Origin: Lophium mytilinum
Taxonomy: Eukaryota
Length of the DNA: 64,000 nucleotides
Assembly (NCBI GenBank): GCA_010093605.1
Contig: MU004195.1
Coordinates: 1,317,566 to 1,381,565, forward strand
Reading direction: 5' to 3'
Positions 11,298 through 25,272 of this stretch are shown here, piece after piece; position 1 is the stretch's first letter, and every line of letters begins with the position of its first letter. A program made the translations under genes and the position numbers. The notes under the pieces are model-generated. The model worked only from the letters and a program-made list of their open reading frames with translations. It was not told the DNA's origin and did not search any database.

Positions 11298-14200
11298 CTA
11301 CCATCCCTCGCCGTGCATACCCCAATCCTGTTGCTCCATCTGCCCTTCATCTAAACCCTCCTCGCCCCAGTCCATCTTCTCTAGCTCCCGCCTGAAAAAG
11401 TCTTGGTCTTCCTCCAAAACACCACTCCTGGCGCCCATGCCTTCGGGGTATCTTTTCAAATTATGCCAATGTGTTAGAGCCCTCAGCGCCTGCTCCAGAG
11501 GCACACTCTCATCCACCTCAGCATCCACATCGCTGCCAGCAAGCCAGTCGTCCCGAAGTTCTGGCCTGCAGTGAAGGTACACGGCTGTGATGACGCGCAT
11601 GTTGGACTGGCGCCATTTGCGACCGCAGTAGGGAACCTGGTTCTTGAAGAGCTTGAGTGTGTAAAGTCTAAGCTCTGCTTGTGGAACTTTGAGACTTTTG
11701 CGTAGAAACTGCGAGGATTTGTACGACACTAGCATCAAGTTGCGATGCGCCTTATTTTTGCACACCTTCTGCATGATGCGCAAATAGTTGATGCCACTGA
11801 AGAAAGCTCTCCAAGAGAAGTTGGTAATGGGCTCGCTTGGGAGCTCACTAGTAGGAAATCCTAGTTCATCGACTTCCGGTGGAACCTGCGGACGAGACTC
11901 TGCGGGCGTCTCCGGTTCACTGTCTTGCCTTGCCGTCTCGTCACGGCGAAGCCTGATCGGCGGAGGCGCTGCATCATCGGAATCTGAATCGGGTTCTTTG
12001 CTTTCAGAGGTTTGTGGATCTTGAACACCAGCGCGGGAGTGTTCACGGCAGAAGTAGAAGAAACTAATATGAATTAGTAACTTTCAGGAAGATCGAACTT
12101 TGGGCAACGCACCTTAAGTCGTCTCGGTCACACTTGAAGTTAACTACCCGCTCGATCTCTTGAAGTTGCAAAAGCTTTAGTATCAGAGGGATATAGCTCG
12201 AGTCTACAAGGAGCTGGGTTATGTATTCGAATTTGAGAATGTCTGTATGGGTCGCGTGAGCTCTCGAATCATAAATAAGTTCTGGAGAAGACTTACGTGA
12301 GACTTTGAACCATTTGAGAATAAGAATGAGAGTCCCAGACACAGCCTTGTCAAGAATCTCATGTGTGCGTATTGTGTCGAGCTCTTCGTTGGATGAGCTG
12401 CCCTCGTGCTGCCCATTGACGCCGTTGCTGTCTGGCTTCGCTGATGAGGCCCCATTCTGGTTGTCTTGAAACTGAAAACCGCTTTGCAGTCCATTTTGTC
12501 CATTTGCTTGAGTGACCAGAGCAGTAACGTGTGAAAGGATGACCTTGATCAAAACAATGATCAAAGACTGTAAATGAGGTAATGCTTCAACCTAAACGGG
12601 AATTAGTGGTCAATCGGTCGAATCGAAACGAGAAACTTACGTAGAACCGTTCAACCGAATCCATCCGGTCTTCTATACTTCCAGGAGGAGGAGGTTCCTT
12701 GGTCTTACTGTTCGCCTCTTCCGATCCCACCGTAGGCGCAGATGATATATCTAGGGCATCGACATCAGTGTTTTCATCTGGCCCAGCCCAGCCTCGTTCA
12801 TACTTCATGAACTGGACTCTTTCTTCCCACAGTTGCTTCATAGCTCGCGTAGCTCTCATCCTCTTAGCAAAAAGTTCAGCAGCCTCTAGGATCGAAGCTG
12901 GAATGTCGGATCCTTCCCACTTCCTCCCTACAAGCAGATCTTGCAAGTCTGTGGAGCCTTTCCCGCCCAGATTATTGCTACTTTCATCTAGAGGCGGGTA
13001 AAGAAACGGGAAGAGCTGGTTGGTCTGGTAGTTTTGCTTCTTCCCGCCCTTACCAGCACCGGCCGGAGAAGGTGGCGGGGAGGGTGCTGGAGTTGCAATA
13101 TGTACAGGTTGATGGAATATGGACGTCCCATTGCCGTCAAAATTAGCCAAGCCAGACCCAAAAACGTGGGAGCCTGCAACTTTGCTAGGGTGATTTTTGA
13201 TCGGCGGGAGAATGGAGTTATTCTCAGGCTCTAATGGAAAAAGTGGCGGAGGTGGGTTGTAAGCCGGGTATTTGGAGCTGATCTCCTGGCGAAACAAATG
13301 ATAGTCTAGAGGCGATGCAGTAATCAAAGGCTGACCACGCACATCAGCCTCGTTGAGATCCGTTTCTCGAAATGAAGCTTTTGCTTTGTTGACTTCGGAA
13401 AGCCCCCCAAAAGCAACCAGAACAGATTTCCAGGTAAGCAAACAAACCTTGGTCAAGGGCAAGACAATGGTCTCATCCCAGCGAAGCCTCGAAATCAAGT
13501 CTACAAGCGTCATGAGGAGGCCAGGTTTGAGATTAGCTGTACACCATAGGTTAGCTTTCAGAAGTAAACCAAAGGATAGCAAAAGGATCTCACCGATTTC
13601 TTCACGCATGGCCAATTCGCCATCCTCTTTCTCTTTGATGCGAGCAACTTCCAAGAAAATGTACATGGCGGTCATCGCGCACCACAATTCTCGGCGCTCG
13701 GCCTCTTTACCCTCACGAAATGATTCATCCTCTGGCGAAGTCAATCCACTACAATTAAAGTCAGTTTTTGCAGTGGATATACGCATGAATAGTACCACAT
13801 ACCATTCCCGTAGAAAGGCTTTCCGCAAAGCATCAAAAATTACTTGAAGGCCGCCACAATCTAACACTGTCTGAATATTCTTATAGATCCACTCGATCTG
13901 AAGACCTGATTGAGGAAATTTGTTATTGGGGGACTTGCGCTTGGAAGCTGTGTCCGCTTCTTCGTCGACATCGTCTCGGCCCTCTGCTAAAGTATGACCA
14001 GCTGTTTCGTACCAGCATCCTAAGAGCAGATACACTATTGTCTCGAGATTTTGTAATCTTGCGTTCGAATCCGATTGCTTGATGCCAGCCAGGATTTTCT
14101 GAACAAACTCCTCTTTTTGCTCGATGCTAGTCGTAGCCCAATCAAGGTTTCCTTCTTCGTAAGCTGACCCCCTTATAAAGACGAGGCCATTGTACGATCC

Positions 14201-14698
14201 CCACTCTTGTGCAAACGAAGACTGAGACTTCAGTATCATAGCCTGCTCCTCTACACCGTACGAAAACCATTCTTCCAGCTCTTCTTCGAATGTGGAGGCA
14301 TCTTCGTATGTGAACGCATATGGAGTAGGCTCGACCCTTGGCATGTTGTCAACCAGCCTTCTGAGTTGGACGAGGGACAACGAGTCGGTAGTGTTGAGGG
14401 CATCTGGAGGTGGAGCTGGCGGAGCTGGCGGAGGGAGATGTAATGGCGCTGGGGACGGCACTGAATTTTCGCGACGTAGGTTTGGCCGAGGGGGTATAGG
14501 CCTATGAGCTCCATTTTGTGATGGTGCTGGTCGAGCGCTGTCGTCCAGAAAGAGCTCAGCTGTGTCTAAAGCGGAAGATGGGCCGCCCTCTTGGTTATCT
14601 GAATCTAGGCCTGGAGCTGGTGAGTCCGGCGTTAGAAATTCTGCGGCATCCACGACTGGTGGCACCTCTGATACCTCCGAAGGTATGTTCGACTCCAT
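11298..14698 (-). CDS. FAR11: STRIPAK subunit Far11/HAM-2/PRO22 (N1221/STRIP family), multi-exon
   Basis: ITASPLDYHLFRQEISSKYPAYNPP, KKQNYQTNQLFPFLYPPLD, LKFEYITQLLVDS, VPYCGRKWRQSNMRVITAVYLHCRPELRDDWL. Start taken at CAAAATGG (14698). Confidence 0.92.
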
Positions 14699-15905
14699 TT
14701 TGTTGACATCTACCAACCCGGCGTTTTAGAAGTGGTAATCTGGCGTATGTCGGAGGGTTCAGTGAGCCCACCATTGTCGACGTGCAAATCAGTAAACGGC
14801 CATGTCAATCGGTGGTTGAAGTTAGGCCTTGACTGCTCGGATGCTTGCAGGTACTGGGGTTCGAGGTCGGTATGGATGTGGGGTGTCTGCTGGTCTAGAA
14901 CAGTACCGGTGCGAGTGTGACGAGGTTGTCAAATATTGCGCTTAAGGGGTCAGTAGAAACGGGCGAGTCTAATCAGGCGCATTCGAGAGTATACAGCTTA
15001 AAGAAGGGGTGCAAGGTCTCCGCGGTCTCAACAGACAGGAAAGGCGTATCATTCTTCCGCTGCGAAGCCGCGCTAGTCCTGTAACTTCTAGCCAGCAGTA
15101 GAAACGCGATGCACCTGGCCATCACGAAAACCATGTCACCATAAAACGCCTTGCCCATTTCCAGCGCGCACAAGTTTTCGCGTCGCACTATGTATAACAC
15201 CTACAGCTTGGGACTAGCTACACTTAACACATAACTCTTCGCCCTTCGCCTAACACTGGATATGCCTAGACCATTACCACGATCACCACCTTCTCGAATG
15301 CATTGCTGCGACTGTCTAGGCATCCGCGCCGGCCATCGAAGTATCACAGTGTCGTTAAGCTGCTCCTCAAATCTCACATAGTCACCATTCCAAGTAGATG
15401 TAACATAAAAGACGATTCATTATTCCCAAGCACCCCGGCTCTCAACATATGTGCAAAAAGAGAGATGTCGCATGAGGAAGAAAGACAATGTAGCCCGCCC
15501 GCATACAGCCTCTAAGACGATGCCGCCGTGTCAACCCCCTGGACCACCCGTTGCGGGTAACAGAAAACCTCCTCCCGCAGTGACATCAAGACCTTTTCAA
15601 TTGACTACTAGTACTCTGTTTCAATTGAGTAGGTAGTCAACAACACTGCCCAAGCAGCCCATGAAGTAGGATAACAGAGGAAAGGGGCTCTTCAATGAAT
15701 GACCGAACATGAAATGTTCTCGTAAATGATCCTCGCATCGTGAAGCAAGTCGTGCAGGCACCCCGGAGAACCGGTAGCCAGCATTCGCATGTATGAAAGA
15801 ACAGGAGAGAAAGTCACAAGGGTGCAGCCGACGGGCGAAAAGTCTGTCGGTAGAATAGTGGTGACGGAACAGCATGACACATTCGTAATCAAGAGCTGAA
15901 GAGCG

Positions 15906-16886
15906 CTACTCGCCGTTCTGGTCGGCGTTCTCGCGCTCCTTGATCTCTGGAGGGACGATGCCAGCATTGCGGCATGCACGCTTGTAGATTTCGACCTCGT
16001 CCCAGGCACGTTGCATTTCACCCTTGAACTTTTCGCAGCTGCCGCTTAGCTCGGTGATGGCTTGCTCGGTCAAGAGCTTCTCAAGGGTCCACTTTTCGAT
16101 GTTTTGAGACTCGTTCTCCTTCAGCTGGGTGATGAATTGGACGGCACGTTGAAGAATTGAGCCCTTGTTCTTCTCGCAACCAGGGACGATCTTTGCAAGC
16201 TCATTAATGCCCTCATTGATAGTCTCGCGACGACGACGCTCCACTGTTCACGTGATCAGCACTGGCGCATGATTGCATAGGATATATTGTAGTCGGGGGA
16301 ACATACCTTCCTTGTGGTTGTCTCTCCGCACCTTGTGCCATTCGTCGGAGCCGACCGTGGGCTTGTGGCCGCCTGTGTTTGGCGGCGAATCATTAGCACC
16401 GGAGTTGCCTGGATCTTCATATTTAGAGGGTGTCTGCAAAACATCTATATTGGTGTCAGGCATACCATGCTGTTGCTGCTGATGGACCCCATGATCGCCC
16501 AGGAAAGACGAACCCTCTCCAGCAGATCCTGTTGCTTGGAAGGATAGCTCGGTGGCTTGCGGGACTGTCATGGAATAGTGAGCAAGTGCAGCGGCAGCGG
16601 TATCTCCAGCGTTCGACGAGTTCGCGCCGCCATTTTGCTGGAGGCTGAAGTCAAGAGCGGAGTTCTGCATGTTGTCGTCGGCGGCGGCGTTGTGGGCCGC
16701 GAGGAAAGCAGCTGTATTCTGGTCGGTCAGATCCGCTGCACCAGCCGACGAGATGGTAGCCCTAGAAGAGTCTCCCGGGGCAGGCCTTGAAGCGTGATCT
16801 CCGCGTGATTCGCGCTTGCGCTTGTTGTTGTGGACTGAGTCGGCGGCCTTGGCGTCGTGGGTGGGATAGCCAGCTGTGTCGGCCAT
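15906..16886 (-). CDS. CBF1: bHLH transcription factor, Cbf1/AnBH1 type
   Basis: KPTVGSDEWHKVRRDNHKE|VERRRRETINEGINELAKIVPGCEKNKGSILQRAV...NIEKWTLEKLLTEQAI; one intron inside the basic region. Confidence 0.92.
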
Positions 16887-19634
16887 GTCTGTAACGTTGA
16901 GGTCGAAGGAAGGATCCCGTCACTTCGCGTGGAGGGCGTCGGTCTTATTCGATGGCTGCTGCGCACCAAGAGCAAAGCCCAATGGTAGTTATAAGGTGCT
17001 GTGCCGGCAGGTGGCACGGGATTCGTATGTAGGAAACCGTGACGCAGCGGGTGGGCAGACTAATAAGCCTGGGCCAGTGAGGCGGCGGGTGCTGGAGAAC
17101 GAGATGGTCGTGGCAGTACCAGGGCCTGATTCGAAGACGCAAACCTGGGACGGCGGATGAATGAAGCTCGGGGTCGACGCTCTGCCCAACAGTTCACGCA
17201 GAGTGCCGGAAGCAGTGCGCCTCGGGAAAGCAATCAGGCGGTGGCCGGGCGTGGGAGAGGTTCTCGGATTGCGCGCCGCAGGTGCAGAGGATCAAACTGG
17301 AACGTCAGCACGTGTACAAAGGGCGATTGTCAAGTGTAACGGCAATGCAGACAAGCGCCCGATTGGCGTAGTCGATTGCTGCGTTGCTGTGGGACCAAGC
17401 TGTCATTGCTGGAAGAGGAGTCGCATCGTGCCCTCTGCCGCTGGGACGCGCGCAGTGCACGACAGCGCCGCTCGCGCTCCGTAACGTTCCTCGCTGGTGC
17501 GCGACGACACGGCCGGGCCCAGCAGGCGGAGACGACGACGAGAGCGCGCGACGGGCTTCGACGCGGATGCGCCGAGGACGCCAGCTTCATGGCGGACGGG
17601 CAGCAGGGGCGCTGTCGCAGAGGCCGCCTAGGAGCGTGGTGACGGGCAGCGGTGGAGCAGACGGGGTGATGTGGTGATAATGCGCGATGGAGTTGAGGTT
17701 GACTTACCAGTGCGCTCTTGCCGCAGTGATTCCCGTGACTGCCGAGTGTTGTATGGATTCGCGGGCGCTCAGCTCGTGAGGAACGGCAACAAAAGGATTC
17801 GGAAGAACAAGAGAATGGAGGGCTGTAGCGGATGCTTGCGCAGGCGCAGTGCAGGCAATATAATTGAGCAGGCCGCGACGTGATATCTGACGGCGGGTTT
17901 CTGGAGGGTGGTTGCTTCGATGTCAGGTGAGGAGAACGAGGTAGAAGTCACGCGGAAAGCTGGCTTAAAGGCAGCGGGAAAAGCACGGGCCGATCGCAGC
18001 CAACACCAACCAGCAAGGAGCAAGGAGCTGCTGCCGACAGCCAATCACACATCATAGTGCCTGCGTTCACGTGCTCGACGCTAATTAGCCCGCCCACGCT
18101 CGCCATCCTCTGCCCCCCTCTGCCCTCCCATGAATTGACTGCTGTTCGTCGCATACTACACCGCGGCGGCGCTGGAGTGACGGCTGAATATTGGTGCTCC
18201 GGGGGTCTGGCGGCCCCTGTGCTTCACGCTCCTCGGGGGCCCATTCCGATGCCACACCTTGTTAATGCGCGAGGGACCGGCGACGCCGTCACACTTTTCT
18301 TGTCTTGCCCCGCCCGTTCCTTTGTCGTCTTGTTTGAAAGGGTCCGTCTCGTGACCTGCCCGCTGAGACAGGGGGCCTTGTGACAACCGCAACCTCAGTC
18401 CCTCCGCTACCGATGCCCATGGAACCTCTTTGGCGCTGTGTCTATCCCTGCTGGAGCGACGGCCGGTTGATAGAGACAGTCTCTCCACAGATGGCTCTAG
18501 GGCCTGTGTTGTCCCCCTTGGAGGCGCCAGTGACGTTACGCAAACGCTGAACTGCACATCCAGTTAGGGAGACGTGCACAAGGGACGAAGTAACAAGTCA
18601 GAAGGTATATTGATGTCTGGAGCAGACCGCCGCCGTTCCAGCTTTGTGAGAGCGCTTCACTCTGCTAACGCTCCGGAGTGCTTCCCGCCATTTTCTCGCC
18701 CTCATGCAACCGTTTCATAGGAAATGGTTGAAAGCGTTGCTTGAACACCATCCCTTTCCTTATCTGAGTTGCTGCACTCTATCCAACCAGGCATGTGCTA
18801 AGCTGGCAATCACAGGACCAGGCGTGGGGACGTGACGATCGCATAGGCGAGATCTAGATACTGTTTCAGCAACGACCAAACATGGAAGGCCTTTTGAATA
18901 TCATCAAGATCCACGATGTCGCATTCTCGGGCTGGTTGGCTGGCCGCTCGCTAGTCATTCTCATAACAATCTCGTCAGTGCTGCAGATTGCGTTCATCGC
19001 GGAGAATGCAGCGAACTGTTTTCCTAAATTTCCTTACTCCACTATGACAGTCGTGCTATCTATAGACATATCCGCGACTACTTTACTTCTAGATCCTATA
19101 AAGCGTGTCATAGGGCCATGTCTAAACCATTTGAATTACTTTACGAAAAGAAGTCTCTGCTTCACTCTCTTTACAGTTGACTGTCGTGTACTATTTCCTA
19201 GCGAAGTGGTCAAACAGTTTCTACTACTACCAACCACGACACCAATCGCGAAACGTCACTCTCTGCGCCATTGCGCTGCGTGGTTTTCAAATCTATCGTA
19301 GCATTTCTCGTTGTCAAGCAGAGCGCAGACTGAAGCCGCAAGTACAGAGAGTCACAATCGCGCCGTAATGACAGTCATTCTTCCCACCTGCTCATCATCG
19401 TTTGGAGTACTATGATAGGTATTTGGGGTTCTACGCGGAATGTATGTCATTTCATCAAAAGAAAAGTCAGGCAAGGATCTGAGCACTTGCGACCATTTAG
19501 CCATCTGCGTGTGCTGTCCCTTGGAGGTAGCAATTGGCAACCAACACTGGATCGAAGTATCGTAGACCAGACTTAAACGGAAAACCTACATATGCTAATA
19601 TCTTGGTGCTATAGTCTTCCTCCCAATCGCCGAC

Positions 19635-21130
19635 ATGAGAACCGTTTCAGCGATCCTGATCCTGGCGCTGATCGAAACCTTGTTTGCTCTAACCATTGCG
19701 GCATTTCCCGCTCCCTGGAATAGACGTGAAGAAACCCGGGAAGGCTCGAAGAGCTATGAAAGCGTTGCGAAAAACGCGCAGATCTCGTTCAATCGGTCTG
19801 AAACCAAAAATAACCACCCTCGAGTTGCACAACTGGGTCCACGGCACGTTCCGCCCTCAGCCGGGCACCGGCATCCCTCATGCAGCGCCCGAGACTCCGA
19901 ACAAATCGCCGAAGGCCCGCAGTTTCTACGAGGCGTAAACGTTGGTGGTTGGCTGATCTTAGAAAAGTGGATGGCTCCTGAGCTGTTTGATGGTACCGAT
20001 GCCATTGATCAGTTCGCATTCGACCAAACAGACGGTGCAAACAGCAAGCTCAAGAAGCATTGGGAGAGCTACTTTACCGAAGAAGATGTCTCTAAGCTGG
20101 CTAGTTATGGCATTAATGCGTGAGCTATATTGAGCTTGCCATGTGGTCTGCTGCTAACAATGGTCCCAGTATCCGCATACCCGTTGGGTTCTGGGCGTAT
20201 GACAACAAGGACACCCCGTATCTCAAAGGAGCTGATGAGTATCTGGATCGCGCGGTGCAATGGGCTAGGAACAATGATATGAAGGTTTGGGTAGATCTTC
20301 ATGGCGCTCCAGGTTCGCAAAACGGGTTCGATCATTCGGGTCATGAGGGTGCTGTCCATTGGCAAACGCCAGAGAATCTTGACCGTACTATCTCAGTTCT
20401 GAAAGAGATTTCCAGAAAATACGGGAGCAACAAGTATGCGGATACAGTGACTGGGATCGAGCTTGTCAACGAGCCAGTTCCATGGGAACCTAACGAATTC
20501 CGGATCACAGAGGAGTGGGCGCGGCGAGCTTACGCAGAGGTACGAGGCGTCATGGAGAACAAGAATGTCCACATCATCATGCAGGATGGATTCGAGGGCT
20601 CCTACAGATGGATCAATGTGGTGAAGGATGTTATTGAGGACCTTAACGAAGACCCTTCACAGCACCACTCTGATTTCGCCATCGACTCGCATTTATACCA
20701 ACTGTTCAAACCGGAAGATATGGCTATGGACCAACCGCAACATATCGCTAACGCGTGTAATTGGCGCTACAACTTTGAAGCCGCCCGTAACTCCCACGTC
20801 CCGGTCTACCTTGGCGAATGGTCTGGCGCGACGAAAGTGTGTGTTAACACTGATGACACAACCACCGCCGGAGAGACCTGCGACACTGACGGGTGTCAGT
20901 GCATAGCCACAACCCCCGTCGAAGAATGGAACGACTTGGTGATTCACCAGGTTCGTCGATACGTCGAAGCTCAGCTCGATGTCTGGGAGGCTCATACGAG
21001 AGGCTGGTTCTACTGGAACTTCAAAGGGACGGGCGCTTGGGGCTTCATGAACGGGATTGAGAAAGGGTTTATCCCTAATCCTGTCACCAGTAGGAAGTAT
21101 TCTGGACAATGTGATCCGCCCTTGTACTAA
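19635..21130 (+). CDS. Secreted GH5 glucan 1,3-beta-glucosidase (Exg1-like)
   Basis: Signal peptide, RGVNVGGWLILEKWM, RIPVGFWA, DLHGAPGSQNGFDHSG, catalytic NEP and GEWS motifs; intron 20120-20169. Confidence 0.9.
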
Positions 21131-21796
21131 GAGCAGTTAATGACTCTCATTGGAGTCTCAATTATTACGCAGAATTTTCATCGGCGGATGAGAGCTACTT
21201 GCTGTAAACTTTGGCTTTCTTTCATGATCATGACGACACGTCTTTACATCTGCAGATCATACCCTCGTAGGCTCTTCTATCAGAATTAGACACGTGGAAA
21301 CGATTGATCTTGCTTCAGCTCTTTCCGTGCCTTTGTATGATAAACGTCCGTACATGAACGTAACTTGACCATAAACTCCTCTCCTGAATGCCTCTTGCTC
21401 GTGACTTTTCACTTCTCATTTAGGATCTAGAAGTTCCTTCGAGCAGCTCCACTGTGTACATGTCCAGCGGCATTCCAAACCTTCCGTTTGACCTACATTT
21501 CAAATAGATGTAGACAGCGCAAGGCTTATCACATCACTATTAGCATTTGAAGGTTTTGGTCGACTATTTTTGATGTGAGGAGAAACACGTAGAATCGCAG
21601 CCTGGCAGGTGATCTGGCGCCTTCCAAGGTTCCGTGCACGCTAATGGCTTGGCGCAACACGGGGATTCAAGATCGGGAGCTTCTCCAAACAAATTTCAGC
21701 CATATCGACTCTCACTCTTGCAATCCTCGAACCCTATCTACTGAATACTCAAGCTCTACTTCTAAGCTCCTCAAACAACGCGCCCCCAATCCAATA

Positions 21797-23425
21797 ATGT
21801 CTGACATCGGTTCCAACCCGCCAACTCAAGCAGGTGCTGAGTCAAAGAGTGCTCGCAAGAAGAAGGCCAAGGCTGCGGCAGCTACACCCGCGAGCGCGCC
21901 TGGAAAGACGACGTCGGAACTGGGCTCTTCTTCACCAGCCGCGGAGAAGCCCAATGGATCCGACGCGAACGCGGAGAGCCAATATGTCAAGGACCTCCAA
22001 CGGTAAGCATTCTTCATCAACGGGGCATGAGCTCAGGAAGGACTCGGTCGCTGATTGAATTGGCTGCGTAGATCTATCCGAAGCACCCAAAAGAAACTGG
22101 TATGTCTCTCCAGCTCTTCCCTCGACGTCACACGTTCCCCCAAGCTAACAGCCTGATCTGCAGAACCTGATGCAAAAGGTCGACTCCATAGTCGCAGAGA
22201 ACCCCGGCGTATCCCTCGACGATCTCGTTGCTTCCCGCAAAATCAACAACGACCAAAAGGCCCAGGCGCTGAAGAAACCCGGCCTCCAAGCTCAGCTCGT
22301 TCAGTACGAAGAGCAGCTCACCCAGTTCAAGAAGTTCGACGCTGAATACAAGCAAAAGGTGGCAACAGAGAAGGAGGTTCTACAATCGGCGCATAAGGAG
22401 GAATTGGAGAAACTACGCGAGACTCTGAAGGCGGAAGCAGCGGCCGAGGCGCAGAAGGGGTTCAAGGACCGGTTCTTGACGCTCTCGCGATTCTTGCGCG
22501 CGGCGGCTGCTCGGCGCCAGCTCGAGGACGACGACACTGATGTCACCAAGGCATTCGAGGGCGCGTTGCTTCTGGTGTACGGTGGTGATGCATCAGCAGT
22601 CTCGGCAGCCGAGAAGCTGATTGAAGGCACTGAGGACCATGTTCCCTCCACCGAGGGTGTGGAATTGAGCGTCACCTGTAAGTACCTTTCTCAGACTTTG
22701 AAGGAGTGTTGGCGAACCTAGAGAAGCGGAGAACAGCCTAGGAGGCCGAAATACAAGATTCCATGCTAATCGCCTATCTAGATGCCGAGATCAAACAGGC
22801 CGCCCTCGAGGAGGCTCCTTTTGCAGCCGAAGAGGCGTGGGTCGAGGACGTTGCACAGTCGCAGGCCGCAGCCCCGGAACCGGAGACCGCCCACCCTATA
22901 TCCACAGACCCTACCATTGCACATGCGGGATTGACGGAGTTGGACACTTCGGGCACGATCACAAACGGCAGCACTGAGGTGCTCGATACCCCTAGCGCAC
23001 CAGCTGCATCCAGCATCGATGCTGGTGCTGCTAACGCGGCTGCGGACGAGCAGTGGGACAAGCAAGCCTCCGCTGCTTCGGACGACCCCCTTACCGAGTC
23101 GTTCGAGATGATCCCTCGCGACCCTGCCGAGACTGAGTCTCCAGCAGTAGCGGCACCGAACAACAGTACGCAGAGCTGGGCTGATGACACCCCGGACGCT
23201 GCCCCAGCAGCTCCCGGCAACGACGGCTTCCACGAGGTCCAACACCGTGGCAGGGGCCGAGGAGGATTCCAAGGTGAGGGCCGTGGTGGTGGCGGATATC
23301 GCGGCCGCGGTGGACGAGGTGGAGACGGCCGGGGCCGAGGACGTGGCCGTGGAGAGGGAGGTTTCCGCGGCGGACGTGGTCGTGGCGGATTCAGGGGCGG
23401 AGAGCGTGGTGGCGCGCCACAGTAA
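21797..23425 (+). CDS. YAG7-like dimerisation-domain protein with C-terminal RGG box (Caprin-like RNA-binding protein)
   Basis: ESKSARKKKAK N-terminus, SLDDLVASRKINNDQKAQALKKP, FLRAAAARRQ, QSWADD, DGFHEVQ followed by RGG repeats; three introns. Confidence 0.75.
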
Positions 23426-25272
23426 GTCGGTCACTTGAAAGCTTGTCTCTCCTACGCCATCGTCGGCAAGGGGAGATCGGCTCTAGTCGACTGGTAGGTT
23501 CATCGACTCGAATTGTGGCGCATGTGGAAGGGTCGTCAGTTGGGTTTCCGATAGGTTTTGTGGTTTCTTCTTCTGCTTCCCACCATGTCCAAGCATTTTG
23601 AGCGGTTGCGCATAAAAAACGAAGGGCTATGCATTCGCATATGGTCTATCGTTGAAATCATATCTGCATAGCAATGGAGCCATGGGTTCTCAAAAAATCG
23701 GTCAGGTGCCTAGGCTTCTTTGTATTCTCTGTGGCTATTAGGGTGTCTGGTGGCTCTGAACGGTGGTTCTAAAATCGTGAACTCCTGTGTCATTTGTTCT
23801 CCTCTCTTGCTACTCCTGCGAGTGCTGTGTGGTACTGTTCTGTCTGCACCTTCTTGACACTGCTTGAAGGGCTTCACCCCACTTCAAAAATCTGAACAAG
23901 GTGTAGGTTGATCTCGCCAAACCTGTTACCTCCTTCAGCCACCCCATGCAGTCGCAGCTGAAAATCCTTACACTCATGAATCAATCCAGCGTGTGCCCCA
24001 ACCTACCCACACGATCAAGCAGAAACCATATCATTTGTCCTCATCCCATCTCTCGCCCTCAGAGTAGGTGTGTCAGTCCGACACTAGCCGCTCGACTCCC
24101 AGCAGCTCCTGCACATCCGTCGCACCGGTGTGCCCCGGGGGTGACCGGACCAAGCCAAGAGCGTGACACTGTCCGCTTACTCGGCGTGGGATGCGGCTCT
24201 GGGTGGTAGGGCTGAAGGGGAGATAGCCGAGCGTGTGGAGGCAAGCGTGGCTTTATTTTCCCCCGGGCCATGCACAGCATGCTTCCTTCTCCCGATGCAG
24301 GTACGGGGTGATCGGTGGCGACTCCGCCCTGACGCGTACCTGGTGTTCTCCGAACGGCTTTCAAGTGGTGAGAGGGGTTTTTATGGCTATTAGGGATGGT
24401 TTATTGGGGTATTGGGGTTGGAAGGGGGGCGATGAAGGGGGTTTTGGGGTTGTGGACGAGGCGGAAGAGGACAGAGATCCCTCCAATCGGGGGTTTGGAC
24501 ATGCATGGAGCCGCAACGCTTCGAGGATAAGGTTGAGGGTTGTGATAGGGAGATCGTAATAGATCCACGTGACGCTCATGATGAATGCAGAGTCTGTTAT
24601 AATTTCAGAAATCGAGAGCGATGGGTCACACGTTCTATATGTGTGCACCTGCGTGCCTCTTTCTGGGGCACCATTATGACTATCGTATCAGACTGCCTTC
24701 GGTTCGTGCATAGTTTTGAGGATGTTGCAAGGAAAGTTTTTTCAGGACGGCATCCGAACAGAACGGTGAATTGCGGCATTGGAGACGGCGAAAATCGCAA
24801 ATAGGAGTTTGTATTGTCCATAGAAGCTGCTTTTGTTTGGCTACCTTTTTGAGGCCTCTTCCACCTGCATTTGAATCCACAGGGGTCTCTCCGCAATACC
24901 AGTTGGACAGTGACAGGCTTGGAGCCGGGTTTTTGGGCGTTCCTTCGACAGTGGGCTGAGAATGGAGTGACACTTACCTATCCTTGCTCCTATCGATAGG
25001 AAAGGGCTAGCGCGGCTTGGCGCAACTCGCACCTCAACTTCCAAGGACTCTTATGCGTGAACCGCGGACAGCATTCCTGAACACCCTCACTACTGACCCT
25101 CAAACCGCACCCGAAGCACCGCCAGAACCGCCTATCATTGATGCGACACAAGTAGGAAGGTTGTCGTTGTTGATTTGGCCCCGCGCGATCGTGCCCAGGA
25201 CACCTCGGCCCCCCAATCAACTTCGCAGCTTCTGCACCAACACCCACAGCGCGCGAGGAGCTCTAAAACGCC

